DNA of 64,000 nucleotides from the human T2T-CHM13v2.0 reference genome, Homo sapiens: NCBI RefSeq assembly GCF_009914755.1, contig NC_060927.1; one strand, given 5' to 3'. Below the pieces are notes generated by a model. It ran no database searches and was not told the DNA's origin. It saw nothing but the letters and a program-made list of their open reading frames with translations. How positions within the stretch are numbered: position 1 is the stretch's first letter; each line of letters begins with the position of its first letter. Shown in pieces: positions 25,200-38,324 of the stretch. The translations under genes were made by a program, and so were the position numbers.

Positions 25200-25445
25200 T
25201 ATCAGCCTATTTTAGGATTCTCCATTATTTTCATGGGTCAATGCCACATTATTTTAATTATAGAGTTTTCATAGTTATTGTAGTATGTGGTAAGGCTATT
25301 GCCTTCCTTATATATTTTCCCTTTAAGGACATGCATAGCTATTCTTGCATGTTTATTTCTCCATGTAAGTTTAGTATCAACTTAAGTAGCCCCATTTAAA
25401 AAAGAACTTTGGTATATTTATTAGAATTGCATTAAATCTAACAAA
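25200..25445 (-). mobile_element. Old L1 ORF2 fragment
   Basis: ccacattattttaattat...ggtatatttattagaattgcattaaatcta. Confidence 0.5.
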
Positions 25446-25453
25446 TCTCTTAA

Positions 25454-25774
<321 letters not shown>

Positions 25775-27329
25775 AAAGTCAAATTTTTTTCTTTTTTTTT
25801 TCCCCACAAATTTTATTTGCCTTATTTCTACACATCATAATGTTCATTTAAGACGTGTAATTCCCAGACTCCCAAACTTTATATACCTGTTTTAGCAATG
25901 ACACGTCTTTTCATGGACTTTGGCATTTCATTCATTGCACAGTGAAAAGAAGAATGTATAGTCAAGGATAACTAGAAATAGAATGACAAAAATTATCACT
26001 CATTAAAAAGTAAACACCACTGAGATAGCTCAACTTATTTTATTAGGATGCTAGTAAGTCAGTATTTGTCAACAAGCCAAAAACAGACCATAACATACAT
26101 TTTTGGAATGTTCTAAACAATATTTTATAGTATAAGTATTTTCTTAAATATACTTCTATTTACCACATTAAAACATTCTTTTAAATTTTCACTTCCAAAT
26201 ATTAGTATATTTTTAGCTACAAATATTTTGACTAAAATAATATGATTAAAATAAATTGTAATATTTCCTATTCTTGTGAATTGTTAATTCTGAAAATACT
26301 GATGCATTTGGTAGTGACTGGTTTAAATCAGGAAGCAAATGTAAATTAATGCTACAGAATTTATCCCATGATCTCTTGAAATTGGCAAACAAAATTGCTT
26401 TAAATATTAATGAATAAGGCATTATGCTTAAGGAAGTAACTCTAGTCATAAAAATTTAAAATATAATTTATTTATAGAATAATAAAAATTATGTATAATA
26501 TAAACAAAAGAAGTTACACAGCAAAACAACTCACAAAATACATGATGAATTAATCTGTTGTTTTTTATATTAATAAAATATTCATATTTCATTCCACCTC
26601 TCAAACATACAGTGTCAGTGTAAAATTGCCTTATTCACTAATGATGAAGTCAAAATATCTTAATTATTAATATGAAACACACAGGCTGTTCTTACAATTT
26701 AATGTTTGAATTAGAATTTCTAATTTAAAAAAATCACGTACTATATGAAAATATATTACTAAAAATATCGTTAAGTTCTACATTTTCTACTGTGAGTTAG
26801 ATGATAAATAATATTTTTCAATCAGTTTGAATTAATGGTTGACATAACCTGATACTAAAATATAGCAAACAATCTAATAGAACTATACATATCTATGTAT
26901 TTATACACACTCATAAATACAAAACATAATTATGTTTGATTCATTTCTGTAAAATTTAACTTATGGAACTCACCTCTGTCTGCTCAGTTGGCTTGAGCCT
27001 TTGGTTCTATTTCATTGAAAGAACTAGGGAGATTATTGCAAGTTATTTTAGCACAAAGTGCTAATTCTCTAAAAATGAGATCCATGAAATTTAATTTTCT
27101 TATCAAGAAACACAGTCTAAGATAAAGGAAACAAAAGCTATAATTTTTTAGCAGGAAGAGGAAGTGACTATTGCAAAAACCAAGTTTGTAAGTTGCATTC
27201 AAAATTACTGCAAATTCTCTTATTTATGTCTGCCTTCCAGAAACATTTTTTTCTACTGGCTGAATATACTGAATTATAATTGCACTGGTCAGTGATCTGG
27301 CTACTTCAATATAAATTAAACAAACAAGT

Positions 27330-27645
27330 TATATTTTTTGAAGTCTTGGCTCAAATATTATTACCATCCATATGCATAGCCTGATTACTCTTTTAGTCAT
27401 TGTAACGAACACCACACATATATACACGAAAAATTAAGCTGGATTATTTTATTTTTTTTGTCATGTTTATCACATTTTAAACTAGCATATAATTTACCTG
27501 TTTATGATGTTTATAGTTTTTAATCTGACTAATTTTTTGAGATTGTAACGGCCATGAAGGCAGGTCATTTTATTCTGCCTTATTTACAGATTTTTATCTC
27601 AAGAACTTAGAACAGTCTCTGGCACTCAGTAAATATTTATATATA
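27330..27645 (+). mobile_element. L2 3' end fragment
   Basis: tgtaacggccatgaaggcagg...cttagaacagtctctggcactcagtaaatattt. Confidence 0.6.
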
Positions 27646-28049
27646 AATAAGTAGTATACTACAAGGGATGGTAAAGGACTCAAACAATCCACATAATCTA
27701 TATATAGATTTAAGCAACTTTCTATCACTTTAAAAATCCTGCACTATTTCCTTAATGATAAATTATGGGAAAATGAAAATTTATAAACCTCAAACGTAAG
27801 AGTTTAATGGGGTAATAATTTGGTGCATTCCAAATTGGACAACTACTGATTGGCATAACAAGCAGGTGAGAACAGTTGTTAAAATTCAATCTAAGTGATG
27901 GTAACCAAGATTGGGTATGATCCATTTTAAGAAGGAAGTGAAAAGAGAAAAAGTTTAAATTCAGAAGGAATATGGAGATATCAGATTAGTAGGATGGTAA
28001 AGCAAAAGCCTACTGAGTGAGCACTTTGTTTTTGTTTGAGTGAACAAAA

Positions 28050-30070
28050 CTATTAAGTGTGCAATAGCATTATGTCTAAAAACAATTTAGATACCTTAAT
28101 TAAGAATACTTTATTATTTAAAATATTAAAAAAATAATCTGAGCTGCCAGTGAGTTGTAATCATTTTGCTGATGAAAGGTTTTGCTTCAATGTTGATAGC
28201 TATTGACTGATCAGGGTAGTGGTTGCTGAAAGTGGGGGTGGCTGTGGCAACTTTTTAAGATAAGGCAGCAGTAAAGTTTGCTGAATTGATTGACTTTTCC
28301 TTTCACAAAAGATTTCTCTTTGGTAGCATGTAATGCTATTTGTGCATTTTACCCACAGTAGAACTTCCCTCAAAATTGGAGTCACTCCTCTCTGACCCTG
28401 AAGCTACTTTATCAACTAAATTTATGTAATATTCTAAATCCTTTATTGTCACTTTAATAATGCTCACATCTTTACAAAGAGTAGATTCCATCTTAGGACA
28501 CCGCTTTGATCATTCATAAGAAGCGACTCTTCATCCATTCAAGTTTGATCATAAGATTGCAGCAATTCAGTCACATCTTCAAGCTTCACTTCTAATTCTA
28601 GTTCTCTTGCTCATTCCACCACATCTACAGTGACCTCCTCCACTAAAGACTTGAACCCTTAAAAGTCATTCATGACTTAGTCCATGGGCTACGAATAAGA
28701 TGTTGTGTTAGAAGGCATGAAAACATTGATTTCCTTGTACATCTTTACTAGCGCTCTGGAGTGATTAGGTACATTATCAATGGACAGTAATATTTTGGAA
28801 TATTTTCCTCTGAGCAGTAGGTCCCAACAGTGGGCTTGAAATATTCAGTAAACCATGCTATAACCAGATGTGCTGTTATCCAGGCTTTGTTGTTTCATTC
28901 ACAGAACACAGTCAGAGTAGATTTAGCATAATTCTTAAGGGCCCTAGCATTTCAGCATGATAAATGAGCACTGGTTTCAATTTGAAGTCATCAGCTGCAT
29001 TACCCCTTATTAAGACAGTCAGCCTGTTCTTTGTAGCCTTGAAGCCAGGCATTCACTTCTTTCTACCTATGAAAGTCCTAGATGGCATCTTTTTCCAACA
29101 GAAACTACTTCATCTACACTGAAAATTTGTGGTTTAGTGTAGTCTTCATCAATTATCTTAGGTCGTTTGGAGCTGCAACTTCTATATCAGCACTTGATGT
29201 TTTACTTCGTATTTTTATGCTATGGAGATGGCTTCTTTCCTTTGACCTCATGAACCAATCTCTGTTAGCTTCAAACTTTTCTTCTGCGGTTTCCTCACCT
29301 CTCTCAGCCTTAATAGAATTGAAGAAAGTTGGTGCTTTGCTCTGGATTAGGCTCTGGCTTAAAGGAATGTTGTGACTGGTTTGAATCTTCTGTCCAGACC
29401 ACTAACAATTTCTCCACATTAGCAATAAGGCTATTTCGCTTTCTTATTTGTGTGTTTGCTGGAGTACAGCTTTTAATTTACTTTAAGTACTTTCCCTTTG
29501 CTTTCGCAGTTTGGGTAACTCTTTTGTGTAAGAGGCTTAACTTTCAGGTTATCGTGGCTTTTGGCATGTCTTCCTAACTAAGCTTAATCACTTCTTCCTT
29601 TTGATCTAAAGTGAAAGATATGTCATTATTTCATTTGAATACGTAGAGGCCATTGTGGGATTATTAATTGGCCTAATTTCAACATAGTAGTGTTTCAGGG
29701 AATAGGAAGGCCTGAAGAAAGGGAGGGAGACGGAGAATGGCTGGTTAGTGGAGCAGTCAACACACACAGCTTTTATTGATTAAATTTCATTGCCTTATAT
29801 GGGTGCAGTTTGTGGTACCCCCAAACAATTACAGTAGCAACATCAAAGATCACTGATTGCAGATCATCATAAACAATATAATAATAATGAAAAAAATTGA
29901 AAAATTACCAGAATTACCAAAATGTGACACAGACATGAAATGAGCACATGCTGTTGGAAAAATCATGCTGAAAGACTTTCTTGATGCGGGGTTGCCAAAC
30001 ATTCAATTAATAAAAAAATGCAATATTTTTGAATTGAAATAGTGATTTGCAATAAAATAAGGTATGCTCA
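28050..30070 (-). mobile_element. Tigger1 DNA transposon, near full length with deletions
   Basis: ctattaagtgtgcaatagcattatgtctaaaa at the left and TIR-like gcaataaaataaggtatgc at the right. The minus strand encodes a decayed pogo DDE segment (VFMPSNTT..*PMD). Internal deletion near 28675. Confidence 0.9.
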
Positions 30071-30349
30071 TACTTGAAATAAATATGTTCAGAAAGATAC
30101 AACATGATATGGTGAAATCTGTCTCTGAAATTTAAACACAGCAAAGATTTAAATGTGTATCTGTGCTGTCTAAAAGAATATGCCAAATAAATTTAAAGTA
30201 TGACAGCATTTTAAATGAGATATCTAAGCTAATTACGATAATAATTGTTTTGAAGAAATTATAAGAAAATCTATCTTTTACCACTTTCTCTTTTTCATCT
30301 TTGGTCAGACTATTGGGATTTTTATCACTATAATGTACCATATCCTTTG

Positions 30350-30746
30350 AACTTCAGGGACTCTGCTCTTACTGCTTGTCTGGCTGAAATACTTTTTTCT
30401 CCATAGTTCTGCCTAATTTCCATTATTTTTCTCTCAGTTCACATGTTCACCCCTCTTGAAAGGCTCTTGTGAGCATTCCAGCTAATGTAGTACCACTCAA
30501 ACCCTCCCTCTATCAGTTTATATTTCCTTCATAAATTATGTAACTATGTAGTTAAACATATTTAAAATACATTTATTCATTTATATTATTTTCTGTCTCT
30601 TCATCTGCCCTTTCATAAAAATATAAGTTCCACTATAGTTTAAAAGTTATTTTCTTCCTGTCTTATTCACCAAAATATTCCCAGTACCCATAACAATACC
30701 TGGGACATAATTGGCATTCAATGCATTATTCTTGAATCGATGAATT
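30350..30746 (+). mobile_element. L2 3' end fragment
   Basis: aatataagttcc...tgtcttattcacc...aacaatacctgggacata...tgaatcgatgaat. Confidence 0.6.
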
Positions 30747-31280
30747 ATTCTGGTAAGTCCATTAATTCTGATTTCAGGAAGAGCAACTTGCCACAATACC
30801 ATAGAGAGGTTTTGTTGATGTAGTCCATGTTAATATTTCCACATCAGAATAAAAAACCTGTATTTTGTTTTTGAAAAAGTTACATAAAAAGACTCAAAAA
30901 ATACAGAAGCTGTCCCAGTAATTTATGCATGTTGAAGTTTTAGTTTATTATATGTAAAAATATGAACATGAAAATAATTGACATCATTAATATATACATA
31001 TTATTATAAAAGTTGATTCCATTTACTCTTTAAAAAATGTGTTAAACTACAGATTTGGTATAGTATTTTATAACAGAGAAGATAAGCCAGGCAAGATCAT
31101 TCAAGCAAAATTAATTGATGAATTACCAAGGAATCTTGTTATACTGTTAGTCTGTATACCAACGATTGTTTTATGCCCTTATCATATCAAATAGATTTTA
31201 GGCAGATTTACACGTGCACACACACGTACACACACACACACTTTCCTATTAAATATTTTTTTGAAACTATTCATCTAGAT

Positions 31281-31413
31281 CAGTGGTCTCAATTAGGGTA
31301 GTTTTGATCCCCCATCATACACTTGGAAATGTCTGAAAATATTTTTTTTTTTGGTTGTCACATCAGAATTATCTGACCTAAATAGTCAATAGAACTAAGG
31401 TCGAGAAACCTTT
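31281..31413 (+). mobile_element. MER20 hAT MITE, internally deleted
   Basis: cagtggtctcaa...aatgtctg...ttggttgtcaca...aaggtcgagaaacc. 8-bp TSD atctagat / atctagag. Confidence 0.8.
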
Positions 31414-33441
31414 ATCTAGAGAGACTTTTAAGTATTTGGATATTTTGCTTCCTTTGTAACACACAGCTCTGATATTAAAATAGGCCAGTTGTCTAATGGG
31501 GCAGTTTGATTTTCACTGCTTGTCAGTTTCACTTAGTTGGCATTGTTCAACAAGACAACCATACAGCGTTCTCATAATCATGGCATTTATAGTGGCAACC
31601 AAATACTTTCCTTAACTTCGGTTTGATACAGCTGTTAATTCCATAGACGTGCTTTAGCTTGCATTTCAATGCTCTTTTTGAACAAATTTTTCATTTTATT
31701 TTCTAGGTTTTGTATGTATAGCGCTAAGACATAGGTTTCAGAATTTGCATGCTGAGTTTGTTTATCTGGTGTGAATAGTAATGGATTTTTAGAGGAAATA
31801 ACCTAGGTGTTCTGCTAAGATATTTTGATGATTTTCTGCAGAGTGGTTTTTGTCCTGGTATCCTTGGTACCATTCTGGGTACCAAATGTTTGTTTCTTAA
31901 TCAAGACTATCTACTTGGCTTCTTTGATGTGTATTCCTATTGATTTGTTGTCACTGAAGAGATGATCAATGGATCTAAACATGATACTGGTGGCTATAAA
32001 TGGACAAATGTTTCATTTCATTGCACTGCTCAGTGTGTTTCTAAACTATAGTCTATGTGATGGAATGAATAGGATATCAGCTGCAGTCGCTGTCATTCAC
32101 AGTGAGGTATTTCATGAAGCCAGACACAAACCAAAGAAACCCAGAGGATTTATTACCTGCTGCTTCCTTAGTGCAATAAATGGTGGTACAGTATAACATT
32201 TAAAAAGAAGCAAAATAAAGAAAAACAACAACTGCAAACCTTGACTAAATGTGTCCAAGGCAGGAGAGGAAGCCATGTGGGGAAGGATTGAACATCATTA
32301 GCAAAGACAGAGTACTTAAATCCTGTCTATTAATTTTCATTAGCAAATGGGGACAATAGCAGCTTGTATAGTGTCGGATTATTTTTTGTCCCTTTTTCTG
32401 GTTGGTTTTATTGCTGAAAATCATCAAACTCTGCACTATATTTCTATTTAACATTAATGAACATCTGGAATAATATATTAAAAAATTAATGTTTCCAGAA
32501 GTGTTTTTCTTTTAACATTGAAAATATCTTTTAGGAAGAAGAAAAGAGTGGAGAAGATAACGAAGACAAATATGACAAAATATTTTGCAGTATTCATTAC
32601 CTCTGCTTCTATCTTATCTTTATCAACATATTTAAAAGTGCCCAGATTGTTTATAAAGATTTATGCTTTTCATATAGTAGCCCTTTGTACCATCTTTTCT
32701 TATATGAGTGAAAAGTTTAATCACTCTTTCTTTATAATAATTGCAAATAATTATGATTCTGAAATGAACCAAGTCAGCAGGTGTATTTGAATAACATAAT
32801 AAACAAAATAAAATTTCTAATTAAGAATGAAAACCTTAACATTCAGATAGCTAACTAAGTTGAACCCAAGACAAAGATTCTTACACTTAGGTAATAAATA
32901 CAGATAAAAAGCTTCTATATTCATCTTTGTATGACCCATTTTCTTTCAGGTAAGAGTCAAAATTTATTTTTTCTGGAGCCTACTAATATTTTGCATTCAA
33001 AGAAATTTCAGTCATCTACATGGTTTGCTTTTGTATCAATATTTTAAGGCAATTGTTTATTGTTTCTGAAACTAGTTGCAATGTTTAAACATCATAACTC
33101 ATTTTTGCCTTCAAAAATGTTCAGTAATTGATTAGCTCCAATTTGAGCAAAAGTAAGTGAGTGTGCAGGTATGCATGTCCTTATATAGGGGTGTATCTTT
33201 AAAAATTATCTCAATATAATAATAAAATTTCTTAAACATTGTAAGACAAGAATTTAAATATAAGACATTGACTAATTCATCTCAACAAATTGTGGTTCTC
33301 AGCATCAAGTTCAATAGGAAATACACTTTTTGTTAGCTAAAGGATTCTAATAAACTGATATTATTCTTGAAAATAAATTGAGACTTATTAGATTATATAT
33401 TATACTTATGAACTCTTACTTTGTGTATTTGTATATGTGTT

Positions 33442-33859
33442 TACATGCTTCTTCACCTATGATGAGGTTATGTCCTGATAAAATCACCATTAGTTGAAAA
33501 TGTCTTAAGTAGAAAATGCATTTAACACACCTAACATACCAAAAATCCTAGCTTAGCCTAGCCTACCTTAAATGTTCTCAGAATACTTACATTAGTCTAC
33601 AGAAGGGCAAAACCATCTGGGGGGTATACTATTCTATAGAGAATTGGTTGCTCACTCTTGTGATCACATGGCTGACTAGGAGCTGTGGCTCACTGCTGCT
33701 AACCAGCAAGGCAAGAGAGAATCCTACCACCTATTGCAAGCCCAAGAAAAATCAAAATTAGTGATTCAAAGTATGGCTTATACTGAATGTGTATTGTTTT
33801 TGCAGCATGGTGATATTGAAAAATCATAAGTCAAACCATTTCAAGTTGGAGACCAATTG
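33442..33859 (+). mobile_element. MER47B-like Tigger MITE
   Basis: gaaaatgcatttaacacacctaac...tagcttagcctagcctaccttaaa...aagttggagacc, followed by TA. Confidence 0.75.
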
Positions 33860-34444
33860 TATTTTTAGAATATATTTTCCATTAATCTTTGCTAAAAAAG
33901 ACTAAGCAAGAAAACATATTCCACATAATAAATAATAATTTAGTAATACAATAAATATTGCACATATTTATTTCACAGAATATGTAAAACTAAACAAATT
34001 CACATCCATAGACTTTAGTGCAGATTTACATTTGTGACATTATATTATTAATTTGTTACCTCTATTTTTGTAACCAATTTCCTTTAACTGTACTCTTTCA
34101 CTTTGCATATACCATTGGATGCAAATGCTTGGCACTTATACTTTCATGTCTTTGAAATTTACCTTTGTTTTTCCTTTCCAATTTCCCTGCATTTATTTAA
34201 GGCATCATCAGTGCCATCCTGACATAACTAACTAGGAGTCAATTGTGATACCTACTTTGACTCCATTTGTAGAAGGAGTAAGTTTATCTAGAGGATATTG
34301 TCCTCTGTGGGAATGTAGAAAAGTTTTTTGTTAGTTTGTGTTATTATTCCCTATAGGAAATTTTAGCAAATGCTTCAAAAATATACAAATAACCTTATTT
34401 TCTTCAAGGATTCCATGGTAATGAAGGTTTGGCAACTCTTAAAA

Positions 34445-34580
34445 ATGCCTGGGTGATGAAAAATCTGTACAACAAACCCCCATGACACAAGTTTACCTAT
34501 GTAACGAACCTTATTTGTACCCCTGAACTTAAAATAAAAGTTAAAAATAATTAAAGAAACAGCACCAAGAAGAAAAAAAC
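34445..34580 (+). mobile_element. Short L1PA (old, ~PA13-16) 3' end
   Basis: ctgggtgatgaaaaatctgtacaacaaacccccatgacacaagtttacctat...cccctgaacttaaaataaaagtt, plus an A-rich tail. Confidence 0.85.
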
Positions 34581-35221
34581 AAAACCCAAGAAATTTACAT
34601 AAATACTTTGGGCAGCTGTGAAAGTGATTCTACCTGGGCCAAAAATTTAGCTTCATAGTTACACCTGCTTGGGACTTCCCCAAGATTGGTCTTTAAGGCT
34701 CCCAATAATTGACCACAATCTCAACATATTCAGGACTCCCTTTTGTACTGTGTATACTTCAACTCAACTAAAACACTTAATCTCTGTCCCTGAAAACACT
34801 CCGCACTTTCCCCATCTATGCTCATGATTTTCTATTTTTTTCTTATCTTTGGAATAATTTATTTCCCCAAATTTACTGTCAATTAAATTTCAAACTTAAA
34901 TAGTACCTCTATGCTGCCACCTTCCAGTTCTCAAGTGAATTTTACTTCCGACTTCACTGATATTTTCTAATATAGGGTTTTCTTTTTTCCTGTGGACTTT
35001 GTCATAAATAATATACTTAGTGAAACTACTTGTACATAACACAAATTTTATCTTAAGTCTCAGTTATTTGAAAGCAGAGATTGTGCACCATTCATTTTTT
35101 ACATAGCTGTTCTTAACAAAAAATTGATACATGCCAAATAACATATTTTCACAGGATTTTATCATATATATATTTAATTTAAAAATATTTCAAAAAATTA
35201 TATATGTACATAGTAAATATA

Positions 35222-35761
35222 TTTCACCCAGTTAAAATGGTTTATATCCAAATGATAGGCAATAAAAAATTGCTGGTGAGGATGTGGAGAAATGGGAACT
35301 TTTGTACACTGTTGATGAGAATGTAAAATAGTACAACCGCTATGGAATACACTTTGGAGGTTCCTCAAAGAACTAAAAATTGAGCTACCATATGACCCAG
35401 AAATCCCACTACTGGGTATATACCTCCAAGAAAGTAAATCAGCGTATCAGAGATATCTGCACTCCTATGTTTTTTATGCACTGTTTACAGTGGCTAAGAT
35501 TTGGGGGCAGCCTAAGTGACCATCAACAGATAATTTGATAAAGAAAATGTGGCACATATACACAATGGAGTACTATTTAGCCATAAAAGAGAACGAGATC
35601 CATTTGCATTTGCAACAACATGGATGGAGCTGGAGATCATTATGTTAAGTGAAATAATCCCGGAACAGAAAGACAAACATCACATGTTCTTACTTATTTG
35701 TGGTATCTAAAAATGAAAACAATTGAACTCTTGGACATGGAGAGTAGAAGTATGGTAATCA
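35222..35761 (+). mobile_element. L1MA-type fragment (ORF2 end and part of 3'UTR), truncated at both ends
   Basis: gaggatgtggagaaa...gagatatctgcactcc...gaaagacaaacatcacatgttc...aacaattgaactc. Confidence 0.85.
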
Positions 35762-35789
35762 TGTTATAGAAAGCACGTTATATGTAATT

Positions 35790-38010
35790 TATAACTGTGG
35801 CAGTCATGGAGCTAAACTGCTTTATCTCCTCTCGAGGGACAAATTCTCACAAGGAGGGTGGCTACTAGCCTCCTAGTTGTGAGATCTCCCATTGAGGATG
35901 AGGCCGTGAGCATCCTGGGAAGCAATGGCAAAGGATGGTAGAGGTACAAAGGGGGAAGGATGACTTGTACAATTTGATAAATGAAGTCTTTGAAAAATTC
36001 AGGAAGAACAATACATATAAGCATAATGGAATTGTCTGGGTCTGGTACACTGATGTCCTACAGAGAGATGATAACAAACTGGGTGTGGCTGAAGGTGCAA
36101 GCCAGAAAACCTCCACTGCAGATTTCAAAGGGGCCTTTTTTTGTCTCTTGCAGTGTGAGGTAGGACGTTTTGTAGCTCAGTGACCTTAACAGTAATATTA
36201 AGACTCTGAGGAGCAGACTCACATTATTACTCTTAGGTCATTGAGGTAAAAAGCTTTAGAATGCTCTATCTAGGCTGGTGTGTTATGCTATGTGCACAGC
36301 CCTAACTGAGAAAATATGAGTTACTGAAGCTTAGGACGCACTATGGTCTGAAAGTTTGTGTCTCCTCAAATTTAATATGTTAAAATCCTCATGCACAAGA
36401 TGATGGTATTAGGAGGTAGGGCCTTTGGAAGGTGATTAGATCATGGGGGTGAATTCTTCATAATGGAATTAATGCTGTTGAAAAAAGAGGCTCCAGGAAA
36501 CGTGTTTGTCCTTTCATCATGTGAGGATGCAGCAATAAAGCACGATCTATTAAGAAAGGAGTCCTCACCAGGCACTAAACATGCCGGTGCCTTGATTTTG
36601 GACTTTACCAGTTCTAACACTATGAGAACTAAGTTGCTGTTATTTGTAAGCCATCTAGTTTATTTTATTTTGTTAGAGCTGCCTGAAAAAACTAAGACAG
36701 ATTGGGAGCATTTCCGTGAATTCCTCTGATAATTGTAACTCTGAACCCTGAGTTCTTAGAGGGGGCTCACCCTTTCCTATCATGAACTAGCACTCCGGAG
36801 GCCTCCTCCCTACAAGCGATAGGTTCTTCTCAAGAGGTGTTCCTACTTTAACTTCCGGTTGCCAAGTTGATGAATAGGATAAAATCTCTGAATAACCTTA
36901 ATCTATTACATATATGTCCATTTTGATCTGGGTTTTAGCAGATTAATGAAGTCTTCAAATTAAGCAGATCCAGTAGCAGTTCATTGCCGTACAGAAATGG
37001 CACATTAAGGATCCAGCCTGAGAAGGACTAGAAGGCATAAATAAATGGCATGAACGTACAGCCTAGATTCCCATGTCATCAACCACATTTGCATTTCTCT
37101 CTCACCTTGTACTTTTGGATGTATGAAAGAAATAGAAAAAATCCAAGCTTGGTTTATGAATACATTGGCTCAGTATATAAATGCAAACCAAAAATAAAGG
37201 GAGTCTACATTACAGCCACACTCAGTGGTGGCTTTGAATGACAGTGAGTGAGAAAAAAAAAATCTTCCTAATGGACAGAGTTTCTAGGGATACAACTGTT
37301 CATCTACTTTACATAAATCAGATGTGGCCAAAACTGAGAATATATATGTAATTACGAGCTGTTGTGAATGTCCGGGAAGTTAAAGAACTGAAATACTAGA
37401 TAAAATGAGGTATAGAGAAGAGGCAAGTGGATGGACATATGCAAATGAGCAACAAGAATGAAAATTTTTCTGTCAGATATTAATGGCAACCAGAGCGTAC
37501 TCACCATGGAAGAGAGGCACCAAACAACCAAGCAGACAAATTACTCAGCCAGCTGACCTTAAATAATAGCCTTTCTCCTTGGCTCCTCTGGACTTTGCAT
37601 GACAATCATAGAAACAGAATAACAACCATGGTGACCACACATAAGCCCAACAGCATGGACTTATATAACCTAGTTTCTGCCTTCTCAGAATATTCAATAT
37701 GTCATCAAAAGAGACAAATTTTGAGCACTATTATGGTAATTTTCCACTGGAAGGCAAATAATCCATTTGGTGGTAAATAGATTCTATTAAGTTTTTCCAT
37801 CTTGGATGGGGTAAAAATTAATTCTCACAGGAATTAACACCTATTTGGTATACATATTGTTTGTTATTTTGTTTGTTTAGTACCTAAAGCGCCTCAGCCA
37901 GCACCACTCTCTAGGGACTTACAAAATGCCTGATGCACAGGCATGAAATTTCACACAATAATGTATCTAGTCAGGGGAGACATTCATAGTGAGGAAAGTG
38001 CAGGACAATC
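35790..38010 (+). mobile_element. Decayed ERVL-class internal sequence (gag N-part, RNase H/integrase remnants)
   Basis: FEKFRKNNTYKHNGIVW...LQRDDNKL resembles ERVL gag. Later broken motifs resemble WKWYIRD..GPEG, KSSQWAE, SHVNAHQ..EEALNNQ.DK and FILTGINTY. Confidence 0.7.
36339..36699 (+). mobile_element. MLT1A0-like LTR nested in ERVL gag
   Basis: ctatggtctgaaagtttgtgtc...ggtattaggaggtagggcctttgg...ccttgattttggactt...actaagaca. Confidence 0.85.
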
Positions 38011-38269
38011 CAACTCGCACATACACTCAACAGAAAAAAAATAGTATGGTTATTTCTTGAGGAAGAAATCCCAATAAAATTTACATTACTATTATACACA
38101 TATTAAGCTTTCCCTATCTATTCACAAAAAAAAAAAAAACAGAATTACAGTAATAGTGGCCTCTATGTAATAATTGCAGTGGAACTGTATGTTCTGGGTA
38201 TAAGATTAAAAATAAAATTTGGTGGTACAATCACATATTTTCTAAACACAGATTATGATTTAATATCAA

Positions 38270-38324
38270 GAAGCCTCCCTGGGCTGCATGTGGCTCATGG
38301 GTTGGACAAGCTCGATTTAAAGCA
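38270..38324 (+). mobile_element. MER30 terminal fragment
   Basis: cctgggctgcatgtggctcatgggttggacaagctcg. Confidence 0.65.

Noticed and set aside
28050-30070. Tigger1 as an intact or domesticated transposase
   Set aside because: It has stops, frameshifts and an internal deletion next to the PMD motif.
35935-36183. 82-aa ORF as a domesticated gag gene
   Set aside because: A short open stretch in a frameshifted ERVL gag that is interrupted downstream by an LTR.
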